51,403 bases of DNA from Firmicutes bacterium CAG:124 (GTDB lineage Bacteria > Bacillota > Clostridia > Oscillospirales > Oscillospiraceae), in NCBI GenBank assembly GCA_000432135.1, contig HF990602.1:1-51403 (forward strand), written 5' to 3'. The position numbers were made by a program, and so were the translations under genes. Below are positions 42,848 to 51,403 of this stretch, piece after piece. Position 1 is the stretch's first letter; each line of letters starts with the position of its first letter. The notes under the pieces were generated by a model. That model did no database searches, was not told the origin of the DNA, and worked only from the letters and a program-made list of their open reading frames with translations.

Positions 42848-45800
42848 ATGGCAGTAAGAACGATTTCGACCAAACTCGCCGTTGAGGGCGAGGCCGAGTA
42901 TAAACAGAAAATAGCCTCTTGCAACTCAGAGTTAAAGACGCTCAAGTCGTCCCTCGCCCTGGTGCAGAGCGAATATAAGAACAACGCGAACAGCATGGAG
43001 GCCCTCACGGCGAAAGGTGAGGCCCTCTCTGCTATGCAGACGGCCCAGGCGAAAAAGGTCGCCGAGCTGGAAAAGGCCCTCGAGAACTGCCAAAAGGCAC
43101 AAACAGCCTACGCCGACCGCGTCGCGGCGGCGGAGGCCAACGTCTCGAAGTATGAGCAAGCCCTCGCGGAGCTGAAAGACTCGACCGGGGACACCTCGGA
43201 GGAGCAAGCGGCCCTCACCGCCGAGCTCGAAAAGTGGAAAGAGGAGCTCGCGAACGCCGAAGCCGGACAGACCGCCGCCGAGCGGGGCGTCGAGAACTGG
43301 CAACAGCAGTTAAACAAGGCAAAGATCGAGCTCAACGAGACGAACGAGGCCATAAGCGAAAATGATAAATACCTCGACGAGGCCAAGAAGTCAACGGACG
43401 GGTGCGCGACCTCTATCGACAAATTCGGGAACAAGGTCAAAGACTCCAAGGATGGAATAACCCAGCTTGCCGCCGCCCTGGCCGCGGCGGGCGTCGCTAA
43501 GAGCGTGAAAGAGATCGCGGACGCCCTCATGGAGTGCTCTCAGGCCGCGGCGGGTTTCGAGACGGCCCTCGCCAAGGTTTCCACCCTTGCCGATACCTCC
43601 GTCGTCTCTATGGACACAATCAAAGCCCAGCTCGTGAGCCTCTCCGGCGAGACGGGCGTCGCGGTGGAGTCTCTCGCCGAGGCCACCTATCAAGCCTTGT
43701 CGGCGGGCGTGGACACCGCGAACGTGGTCGATTTTGTCTCTACCGCGACAAAGCTATCCGTCGCGGGCTTTACGGAGTCCGCGACCGCCGTTGACGTCGT
43801 CACGACTGCCCTCAATGCCTACGGTCTCGCGGGCTCGGACGCCGAAAAGGTCGCCTCCATGCTCGTAAAGACGCAAGACCTCGGTAAAACCAGCGTCGGC
43901 GAGCTCGCGGCCACTATGGGCCGTGTGATCCCGACCGCGGCGGCGTATAACGTGAGCCTCGACCAGCTCTCCGCCTCCTATGCGATTATCACCGCAAGCG
44001 GCACGAATACGGCCATAGCGACGACGAACCTCGGCGCCATGTTTAACGAGCTGGCCTCCGAGGGCGGCACCGTCGCGACGATCCTCGAGGAGCAGACCGG
44101 GAAATCCTTTGCCGAACTCATGGCGGACGGCGCGAGCCTGGGCGACGTTATCTCGATCCTCTCGGACAGCGTAGACGGGAACTCGACCGCGTTCTCGAAC
44201 TTGTGGAGCTCTACCACAGCCGGACAGGCCGCCCTAACGCTCCTCAACCAGGGATCGGAGAAATTTAACGATACCCTCGTAAAAATGCAAAACAGCTCCG
44301 GCGCCGTCGAGCGGAATTTCGAGACAATGGCCGATACAACGGAATTTGCACAACAGCGAATGACGACGGCCTCGGAAAACCTGAAAATCGCCATCGGCGA
44401 CCAACTGAACCCGGCCCTCGAGAAAGTGTATTCCGTGGGCGCGGACGCCTTTACCTGGGCGACCGATTTCGTCAATGAAAACCCGTGGCTCGTCAAGGCG
44501 ATCACGGCGACAACGGTCGGGATCGGCACTCTCGCGGCGGGAGTAACCCTCGCGGCCAACGCCGCGAATATTGCCGCCGTGGCGCAAGGCGTACTTAACG
44601 CCGTAATGGCGGCAAATCCGGCTTTTTTGGTGGCGGCGGGGGTAACTGCCCTCGTGGCCGCTATCGGAACCTTTATCCTCACCCTGGATAATGCAGACGA
44701 GGAGACGCGGGCCTTTACCGAGTCCCTCCAGGAAACAAAGTCGGCCTATGAGGAACTCTCCGACTCTATGGCCGAGGAACAAGCCACGACCGCCGCGACG
44801 GCGGACTCCCTGCAATCCCTCCTCGAGGTAGAGGAGAAATCCGCCGCCCAAAAGGCCGCAATCGCCGAAATGGTGGCCCAGCTTAACGAGGACGTTCCGA
44901 ACCTCGGCCTCGCCTACGACGCCGCCACGGACTCGATCAACATGACGACCGAGGCCCTCGACGCCCTGGTCGAACACGCGGCGGATCAAGAGGAATACGA
45001 GGCCCAGGTCGCCCGCCTCTCGGAGCTTTACACCGAGCAAGCAGAGATAACCTCCCGCCTCGAAGAAGCGCAAGCGGCCCTTGCGGAGGCCCAGGAAACG
45101 GGCTCCGGGAATACCCGGACGCTCCAAAACAACATAGACGAGCTCACAACGGCCCTCGAGGACAATCAAGCGCAGATCGCCGCCCTCGAGGAGGAGTCGG
45201 CGGAGTTCGGCGCGTGGCAAGAAAAAAGCGCCCAGGCCACCGAGGAAATGACCTCCACAGTAAACGGCCTGATCTCCGAAATGGAGGCTCTACAAACGGC
45301 CTACGAGGAGAGCCACGCGAAAGCGGTCGAGAGTATCGAGGGACAACTCGGGCTCTTTAATGATCTCGACGGCACGGCCAAAACCTCCATTGATAGCCTG
45401 ATCGAGACTCTCAAGGGCCAGGTTTCCTATATGGAGACCTACGCCGCCAACATTCAAAAGGCTATGGAACTCGGCGTAGACGAGGGCCTCGTAAAAAAGC
45501 TCGCGGACGGCTCCGAGGAGTCCGCTCAGATCCTCGCGGCCATTGTCGAGGGCGGCGAGGACGAGATCGCGGCCCTAAACGAACAGCTCGCAAAGGTCGA
45601 GGAGGGTAAAAATGCCTTTGGAGATACCGTCGCCGAAATGGAGACGGATTTCTCCGAAAAAATGGCCGACATCGAGAAGCGCATGAAAGATTGCGTGGAC
45701 GAGCTCGACGTCTCCGTAGAGGCCGGGGCCGCGGGCGCCGCCACTATTGAGGGCTATATCGAGGGCGCCGAAAGTATGCGCTCCTCCCTGGTATCGACCT

Positions 45801-46216
45801 ACCGATCCCTCGCCCGGGCGGCAAACAACGCCTATAAATCTACCCTGGACATTCATTCCCCGTCCCGCGTATTCCGCGACGACGGTCGGAATACGATCCT
45901 CGGCGCCATTGAGGGCGGCGAGGATATGCGGAGCCAACTCGAGCGGACGTATGAGTCCCTCGCAAAATCCGCGATCCGGGCCTATGAGCGGGCGCAGCCG
46001 AAAGGCACGGAGGCCGACGCCGTCGCCGCCCAGCAGAGGCAGACCGCCGCAGTCGTCGCCGCGGCCACCGAGAAAGCGGGCGGCGGGGGCCCGACCTATC
46101 AATTCCATATCGAGAAAATGGAAGTCCGGGACGACCAGGACGTCGAGCGCGTGGCCCAAGAGCTCTATTACATGACGGAGCGGGAAAAAAGATCGAGAGG
46201 AGGCGGTAGCCTATGA
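42848..46216 (+). CDS. Tape measure protein (TP901 type)
   Basis: 1122 aa, Ala/Glu helical; FETALAKVSTLAD, KTQDLGKT, LDIHSPSRVF. Confidence 0.93.
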   Translation: MAVRTISTKLAVEGEAEYKQKIASCNSELKTLKSSLALVQSEYKNNANSMEALTAKGEALSAMQTAQAKKVAELEKALENCQKAQTAYADRVAAAEANVSKYEQALAELKDSTGDTSEEQAALTAELEKWKEELANAEAGQTAAERGVENWQQQLNKAKIELNETNEAISENDKYLDEAKKSTDGCATSIDKFGNKVKDSKDGITQLAAALAAAGVAKSVKEIADALMECSQAAAGFETALAKVSTLADTSVVSMDTIKAQLVSLSGETGVAVESLAEATYQALSAGVDTANVVDFVSTATKLSVAGFTESATAVDVVTTALNAYGLAGSDAEKVASMLVKTQDLGKTSVGELAATMGRVIPTAAAYNVSLDQLSASYAIITASGTNTAIATTNLGAMFNELASEGGTVATILEEQTGKSFAELMADGASLGDVISILSDSVDGNSTAFSNLWSSTTAGQAALTLLNQGSEKFNDTLVKMQNSSGAVERNFETMADTTEFAQQRMTTASENLKIAIGDQLNPALEKVYSVGADAFTWATDFVNENPWLVKAITATTVGIGTLAAGVTLAANAANIAAVAQGVLNAVMAANPAFLVAAGVTALVAAIGTFILTLDNADEETRAFTESLQETKSAYEELSDSMAEEQATTAATADSLQSLLEVEEKSAAQKAAIAEMVAQLNEDVPNLGLAYDAATDSINMTTEALDALVEHAADQEEYEAQVARLSELYTEQAEITSRLEEAQAALAEAQETGSGNTRTLQNNIDELTTALEDNQAQIAALEEESAEFGAWQEKSAQATEEMTSTVNGLISEMEALQTAYEESHAKAVESIEGQLGLFNDLDGTAKTSIDSLIETLKGQVSYMETYAANIQKAMELGVDEGLVKKLADGSEESAQILAAIVEGGEDEIAALNEQLAKVEEGKNAFGDTVAEMETDFSEKMADIEKRMKDCVDELDVSVEAGAAGAATIEGYIEGAESMRSSLVSTYRSLARAANNAYKSTLDIHSPSRVFRDDGRNTILGAIEGGEDMRSQLERTYESLAKSAIRAYERAQPKGTEADAVAAQQRQTAAVVAAATEKAGGGGPTYQFHIEKMEVRDDQDVERVAQELYYMTEREKRSRGGGSL

Positions 46217-46743
46217 GCGGATTTTCCTTTAAGGGCGTCCATAGTAGCAAATTCGGCATTTACACACAGGATCAAAGCCGGACACTCCTCCCGCCCAAGC
46301 GGGAAGGAAAAATCACGATCCCCGGGCGCTCCGGCTATTACGACGACGTCGGAGCGGTCTATAACGAGCGGGCCGAGAGTGTTCTTTGTTCGTTCGTCTG
46401 CCCGGAGGGAAAGACTGTCCCGGAGGTGTGCCGGGAAATTGCCTACTGGCTCTCAGGCTCCGGGCGTCTGATTTTCGACCGCGAGCCGGACAAGTATTAT
46501 CTCGCCCGATTGTCGGGCGGGCCGCCCATGTCCCAACACCTCAAATATGGCGAGTTTACGATTACCTGGTCGTATAACCCGCCCTTTGCATTTGGAAAGA
46601 CGATCACCGAGCCGCTCAAGAACGGCGAGAACGTGATCGACTACCGAGGGACGGCGGAGGCCCCTTGCGTGATCGTGCTCCGCAACACGTCAGAAACGGA
46701 TATTTCAAACGTAACCATTACAGCCATAAAAAGGAGTGTTTAA
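46213..46743 (+). CDS. Distal tail protein (Dit)
   Basis: GFSFKGVHS, ITIPGRSG, WLSGSGRLIFDREPDKYY, PFAFG. Confidence 0.85.
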   Translation: MSGFSFKGVHSSKFGIYTQDQSRTLLPPKREGKITIPGRSGYYDDVGAVYNERAESVLCSFVCPEGKTVPEVCREIAYWLSGSGRLIFDREPDKYYLARLSGGPPMSQHLKYGEFTITWSYNPPFAFGKTITEPLKNGENVIDYRGTAEAPCVIVLRNTSETDISNVTITAIKRSV

Positions 46744-46745
46744 TC

Positions 46746-47525
46746 ATGTATGCTTGCGACTACCTGGAAAACGGCGTCCTGAACGTCCTCCGCGGCGTCA
46801 CCTTTGCGGCCCCCGCGAAAGTCTACCTCGCCCTCTACCTCAACGACCCCGGCGAGGACGGGGCGAGCGGTACGGAGGTAAGCTATGCGGGATATAAGCG
46901 GATCGAGATTGATTTCTCCTCTCCCGCAGAGACAAACGGCGGTATCGGCGTCCAAAACCTCGAGGACATTACTTTCCCGACGCCTGTCACCGCGGCGGGC
47001 ACCATTACGCACGTCGGTATTTTGGACTCCCTCGCGGGCGGCAATATGCTTTGCCGCGGCGAGCTTGTGGAACCCCTCGTAATCGGCGCCGACGAGCCTC
47101 CCGTGTTCCTTGCCGGAGACGTCCTTTTCTATCTCACGGGAAACCTCTCGAGAGCGTGGAAAACTAAGGTTTTGAACATTCTCCGCGGCCAGTCGATCCA
47201 GGGGATCGCGCCTTATTTCTCCCTCTGGAACGGCTCGCCGGAGGCGGGCGGCTCCGAGCTCTCCGGCGACAACTACGCCCGCGCCGCGCTCACGTTCGGC
47301 GCCCCCGCGGAGCAGACCTCGGGACAGATTATCGCCCGGAACTCCGTCGCGACCGCGTTCAACCGTCCCTCTACGGCGTGGGGCACCTGGACACATTCGG
47401 CCATCTACTCGGCCTCCTCGTCCGGCGAGCCCGTGTATATCAAGGCTCTTGTCGAGTCGGTGGAGATCAAGAAAGGATATATGCCGACGATTGCCGAGGC
47501 CGCTATCGAGGTGGGGATTAACTGA
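46746..47525 (+). CDS. Baseplate/tail-associated protein with an internally duplicated domain
   Basis: LNVLRG..E.S...Y.R...F..P occurs twice. Confidence 0.7.
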   Translation: MYACDYLENGVLNVLRGVTFAAPAKVYLALYLNDPGEDGASGTEVSYAGYKRIEIDFSSPAETNGGIGVQNLEDITFPTPVTAAGTITHVGILDSLAGGNMLCRGELVEPLVIGADEPPVFLAGDVLFYLTGNLSRAWKTKVLNILRGQSIQGIAPYFSLWNGSPEAGGSELSGDNYARAALTFGAPAEQTSGQIIARNSVATAFNRPSTAWGTWTHSAIYSASSSGEPVYIKALVESVEIKKGYMPTIAEAAIEVGIN

Positions 47526-48220
47526 TGTTTGAGAGGAGATACAGCCTCGCGAAGTTCTCCGTCAATCTCGAGACGAAAACAATCGAGATCGCGGAGACGT
47601 TTTCCGAGGCTTTGAACTCCGTCGCGGGCGTGGCGATCCCCGTAGACGTCCGCGAACGGTACGCCGACGCCGTCCAGGGCTACACCCGAGGGACGATCTC
47701 GGTCGTCTCCACCATGAGCGCGACCGAGGCCCTCTCCTCCGCGGTGAAAATGTCGGCGAACATTGTCGCCCGGTTTACGGCGGCGGAACGGCTCGCGGCG
47801 GAGGTGGAGGCGATAAAGAACCTCCGCGCCGCCCTGACGTCCGCTGACAGCCTCGCGGCGGCGGTGCAGGGGTCGAAGCATATCCCGACAATACTCGCGG
47901 CCTACGAGGCCCTAAACGCCAACGGGAGCGCCTCAAAGAATATTTGTACCGCCTTTGTGGCGGCGGATATTCTCACGGCGATCATGGACGCCACCTCTCA
48001 GACGGCGGAGGTCGTGCTTATGCAAGTCACCATTCCGCCCGGGGGCGAGCTCCGGCTTGATAGCGACGTTTTCCTCGCCATGCTGGACGGGGAAAACGTG
48101 CTCTATGCTCAGTCGGGAGACTGGATCAACGTCTCGAGAGAACTCCTCCGTCTGATCGTGGAAAGCGCGACCGGGGGCGCCCTCGAGGGACAGATCATCT
48201 ATACGGAGAGATATTTATGA
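47525..48220 (+). CDS. Tail-associated hypothetical protein
   Basis: Operon position; ends YTERYL as in Dit-like C-termini. Confidence 0.7.
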   Translation: MFERRYSLAKFSVNLETKTIEIAETFSEALNSVAGVAIPVDVRERYADAVQGYTRGTISVVSTMSATEALSSAVKMSANIVARFTAAERLAAEVEAIKNLRAALTSADSLAAAVQGSKHIPTILAAYEALNANGSASKNICTAFVAADILTAIMDATSQTAEVVLMQVTIPPGGELRLDSDVFLAMLDGENVLYAQSGDWINVSRELLRLIVESATGGALEGQIIYTERYL

Positions 48221-50169
48221 TTGAAGTATTCGACAAGACGCGGCGGCGCGTGGCGATCCTCGAGAACGCCTACGCGGCCTCCGAGTCGCAGAAAATCAAC
48301 TCCGTGTGGTATTTCTATTTTTCCCTCCCATACGGAGACTCGAAAAACGAGTATTGCAAGCCGTTCTATTACGTCCGCCCGGACGGCGGAGAGCTCTATC
48401 GGATCATGCCGGAGACCCTCTCCGTCTCCGAGTCGGGCGGGATTTCCTATCAATGCGAGCACGTCCTCGCGACGCTGATCGACAACGTCCTTTTTGGCTA
48501 CCATGTCGTCGGAAACCTGGGCGTCTACACCGCCGACGTGATCCGTTATATCCTGGATCACCAGCTCGTGAAAAATTGGGTGCTCGACGAGTGCGATTTC
48601 CGAAATCAATTTGAATACGGGTGGGAGCAAGAGTCGCTCCTCTCGGCGCTTTTCTCCGTCCTCTCTCCGCTCTCGTCCCCTATGATCGTCACAGATACCA
48701 CCGTTTACCCGTGGCGTCTCTCCCTGAAAAAGCTCGTCACGACCGGGCGGCCTGAAATGTACGTCCGGCGCCGCTACAATATGACGAGCTACACACGAGG
48801 CCGCGATCCTCAGAATATTGTTACCCGGCTCTATCCGCTGGGCTACGGCGAGGGCATAAACCAGCTCAATATTAAGGGCGTAAACGACGGTGTCCCGTAC
48901 ATTCAGAGCCCGAAAGAAATCACGGACAAGTACGGGATCATTGAAAGGGTGTGGATAGATCGGCGGTATGAGGACGCGGCCTCCCTCAAGGCGGCGGCGG
49001 AGATCATGCTCTCGGAACTGCAAGAGCCGCTCGTTTCCTACTCCGTGGGTTTTCACGAACTCACGGCCTCGGACTATGACAAGGCCGCAATCGGAAAGCG
49101 CGTCCGTATCATATTCCCGGAGGTTGGGGACTCCGTCGATACCTACATAACCGAGCTAACCCGGAAACGGGACGATTTGAAAGAGTCCACGATCACCGTC
49201 GCCAACCGGGAGACCTCTATCGCGGCCTCTTTGGCCGATATGGCGGATCGTCAGCGGATCGAGCAGACCTACGCCCAGGGCGCGACGCAGATTTACAGTC
49301 AAGCCCTCCAAGCCAACAGCGCCCCGGACTCCGGGGCGACGATGGATTTCTTTCTCCCCTCGGAAATGCGGATCGTGAATAAAGTCCTCGTAAAGGTACG
49401 CATGAAAAAGTTCCGCGCATACTCCAAGGCCACGGAGGCGGCGGAGAGTAAGACCATCACCTCGAGCACGAGCGACGAGGACACCCGGACGAGCTCGTCG
49501 GGCGGCAGAACCACCGCGACGACCACCTCGGGCGGCGGGACGTACACCTCCACCACCTACGAGGCGAAAAAGACGCTCACGGCGACCGCGGTTATTCTTT
49601 CCGCCGAGAACATCTATCCGACCGAGGCGGCCATGTATAACGCCGCGAAGCATAACCACGGCATACCCGACCGCGTAAAGCTGGCCGTTTACGGTGGAAA
49701 GGACGCCAACGGGAACGTGATCGCGGACGGCTACGCGACCTTTATCGAGTCCGGCGCCCACTCCCACGGAGAGCACGATCACGAAATCACGATCCCGCGG
49801 CACAATCACGAGGTAGAGATCGACGATCACTCCCACAAGGTAACGATCCCGGCCCATACGCACGATATTACGATCCCCGGCCATTCCCATAAGGTCACGA
49901 TCCCCGGCCACGAGCACAAGATCACGCCCGGTATTTTCGAGTACGGCAACCCTCAGAATTTTTCCCTCTACGTCAATGGGGAGAAAAAGGCGGATTTCGC
50001 CGGGAGAAACGCCGAGCTCGATATAACGGCCTTTTTGGTGGGCTCGGACAACATGATCCCCCGCGGGAGCTGGCTATCGCTCGAGGTGAGGCCGGACGAC
50101 CTCGCCTATATCAGTATCGACCTTATCGTCCAGGGCTTCATACAGTCCCGCGGCGATAACACAGTTTGA
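48217..50169 (+). CDS. Tail spike / Tal-like (prophage endopeptidase family) protein with HxH repeats
   Basis: IVTRLYPLGYGEG, KYGII; C-terminal (T)IPxHxH repeats. Confidence 0.85.
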   Translation: MIEVFDKTRRRVAILENAYAASESQKINSVWYFYFSLPYGDSKNEYCKPFYYVRPDGGELYRIMPETLSVSESGGISYQCEHVLATLIDNVLFGYHVVGNLGVYTADVIRYILDHQLVKNWVLDECDFRNQFEYGWEQESLLSALFSVLSPLSSPMIVTDTTVYPWRLSLKKLVTTGRPEMYVRRRYNMTSYTRGRDPQNIVTRLYPLGYGEGINQLNIKGVNDGVPYIQSPKEITDKYGIIERVWIDRRYEDAASLKAAAEIMLSELQEPLVSYSVGFHELTASDYDKAAIGKRVRIIFPEVGDSVDTYITELTRKRDDLKESTITVANRETSIAASLADMADRQRIEQTYAQGATQIYSQALQANSAPDSGATMDFFLPSEMRIVNKVLVKVRMKKFRAYSKATEAAESKTITSSTSDEDTRTSSSGGRTTATTTSGGGTYTSTTYEAKKTLTATAVILSAENIYPTEAAMYNAAKHNHGIPDRVKLAVYGGKDANGNVIADGYATFIESGAHSHGEHDHEITIPRHNHEVEIDDHSHKVTIPAHTHDITIPGHSHKVTIPGHEHKITPGIFEYGNPQNFSLYVNGEKKADFAGRNAELDITAFLVGSDNMIPRGSWLSLEVRPDDLAYISIDLIVQGFIQSRGDNTV

Positions 50170-50183
50170 CGGAGGTGCAACCC

Positions 50184-50867
50184 ATGAAACCCATGTATTA
50201 CGGTATTCCGTTCTCGCCTCAAGCCACCCTCACGGACACTATCGGCGCGGCGGACACCATCATAAAAGTCTCGGACGTCTCGGCATTTCCCGACGCTCCG
50301 AACTACGCCACAATCGGCACCGACGAGGGCGGCGAGACGATCCTCTATACCGCCAAGACGGCAAACGCCCTCTCCGGGTGTACCCGCGGCGTCGAGGGCT
50401 CCGCGAAATCCTGGAACGCGGGCGAGCTGATCGGTCGCAACTATACCGCGGCGGATCATGCGGCCATGATCGACAATATCAAGGACGCGGCCAAGACCGC
50501 GGAGGCGGACGGCGTCACCTTTGACGACGGCGAGACATTTCAGGAGAAATATAACTCCGGGGAGCTCAAGGGCGGCAAGGGCGACCAAGGCGAACAGGGC
50601 CCCGCGGGCCCCGGCGCGAATGAGATCGCCGTCACGCTTCCCGTGAGCGGGTGGTCGAACGGCTCTCAGACCGTGCAGAACGCGGGCCTCGTCGTCTCCG
50701 GCTACGGGTACATCATCACCCCCGACCCGGACAGCTACGGCGCCTATACCTCCGCCGTGATCCATGCGGACAGCGTCACCACGGCGGGACAGATCACATT
50801 CCATTGTGAAGAAACACCGACCGAGGCCCTCAAGGTCTCGATTATGAAAATCAAAGTGGAGGGTTAA
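50184..50867 (+). CDS. Tail fibre-associated protein with a short collagen-like stretch
   Basis: GGAGGT RBS; LSGCTRGVEG; GGKGDQGEQGPAGPG. Confidence 0.7.
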   Translation: MKPMYYGIPFSPQATLTDTIGAADTIIKVSDVSAFPDAPNYATIGTDEGGETILYTAKTANALSGCTRGVEGSAKSWNAGELIGRNYTAADHAAMIDNIKDAAKTAEADGVTFDDGETFQEKYNSGELKGGKGDQGEQGPAGPGANEIAVTLPVSGWSNGSQTVQNAGLVVSGYGYIITPDPDSYGAYTSAVIHADSVTTAGQITFHCEETPTEALKVSIMKIKVEG

Positions 50868-50869
50868 AT

Positions 50870-51370
50870 ATGGGAAACGTGTATAACATGGTCGGCGGCG
50901 GAGGCGGGATCAAGCTCGTCTCGATTGCCGTCACGACGCCGCCCACGAAAACGAGATACCTCTCCGGCGAGAGTTTCGACCCCGCGGGAATGGTGGTAAC
51001 GGCGACCTATTCCAACGGCGCCAAGCTGGCCGCCACGGGCTACGCCGTGGAGCCGAGCGGGCCTTTGCTGGACGGCGTGACGAGTGTCACGATCCGATAT
51101 ACCGAGGGCGGAAAGAGCGTCACAGCCTCTCAGGCCGTGACCGTGATCCCGAAACTCGTCTCGATTGCAGTCACAACGCCGCCAACAAAGACGGCGTATC
51201 GCTACGGAGAGGCCTTTTCTGCGGCGGGAATGGTCGTAAAGGCCACCTATACGGACGGGAGCACGGCGGCGGTAACGGGCTACACGACGAGCCCCTCAAC
51301 CTTTACCTCCCTCGGGAGTCAGAGCGTCACCGTGAAATATACGGAAAACGGCGTCTCGGCGGCGGGGTAG
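50870..51370 (+). CDS. Bacterial Ig-like (Big_3-type) repeat protein, probably truncated
   Basis: Two 80-aa repeats KLVSIAVTTPPTKTxY..GE.F..AGMVV.ATY..G; stop lies in low-quality terminal sequence. Confidence 0.8.
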   Translation: MGNVYNMVGGGGGIKLVSIAVTTPPTKTRYLSGESFDPAGMVVTATYSNGAKLAATGYAVEPSGPLLDGVTSVTIRYTEGGKSVTASQAVTVIPKLVSIAVTTPPTKTAYRYGEAFSAAGMVVKATYTDGSTAAVTGYTTSPSTFTSLGSQSVTVKYTENGVSAAG

Positions 51371-51403
51371 ACGCCCCTCACCGCCCCCCCCCCCGTGATC
51401 CCC

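Larger units (their letters stand above)
26776..51403 (+). mobile_element. Siphovirus-type prophage, left end through tail genes; right end outside the window
   Basis: Co-oriented HNH-terS-terL-portal-protease-capsid-neck-tail-TMP-Dit-Tal module; abrupt change in codon and oligonucleotide usage. Confidence 0.97.

Noticed and set aside
51360..51403. Terminal TAG and poly-C as real features
   Set aside because: Looks like low-quality contig-end sequence

Overview
The window has two halves. 1-~26,750 is GC-rich Clostridia (Oscillospiraceae-like) chromosome. It carries housekeeping genes (UvrD/PcrA-type helicase, sua5, a coaE-M18 aminopeptidase in-frame fusion, prfA, an OmpR-type two-component system plus htrA, pncB, CYTH), an Lsa-family ABC-F resistance gene with an intact uORF/terminator attenuator, a small PadR/secreted-protein accessory patch and GTAG-type REP clusters. 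~26,776 to the end is an incomplete siphovirus prophage with HK97-like head genes and a TP901-type tape measure. The most notable signals are in the prophage. (1) The left end has no integrase or repressor; it begins with an IS30-like terminal repeat and an HTH-only IS30 remnant, and may hold an excision-created junction promoter. (2) The only replication candidate is an HUH Rep-like protein, preceded by an unannotated ~65-70 nt antisense RNA unit of the plasmid copy-control type. (3) A start-less Ig-like domain can be added to the major capsid protein by a -1 frameshift. All calls were made by eye; no database searches were run, and some frameshifts may be assembly errors.
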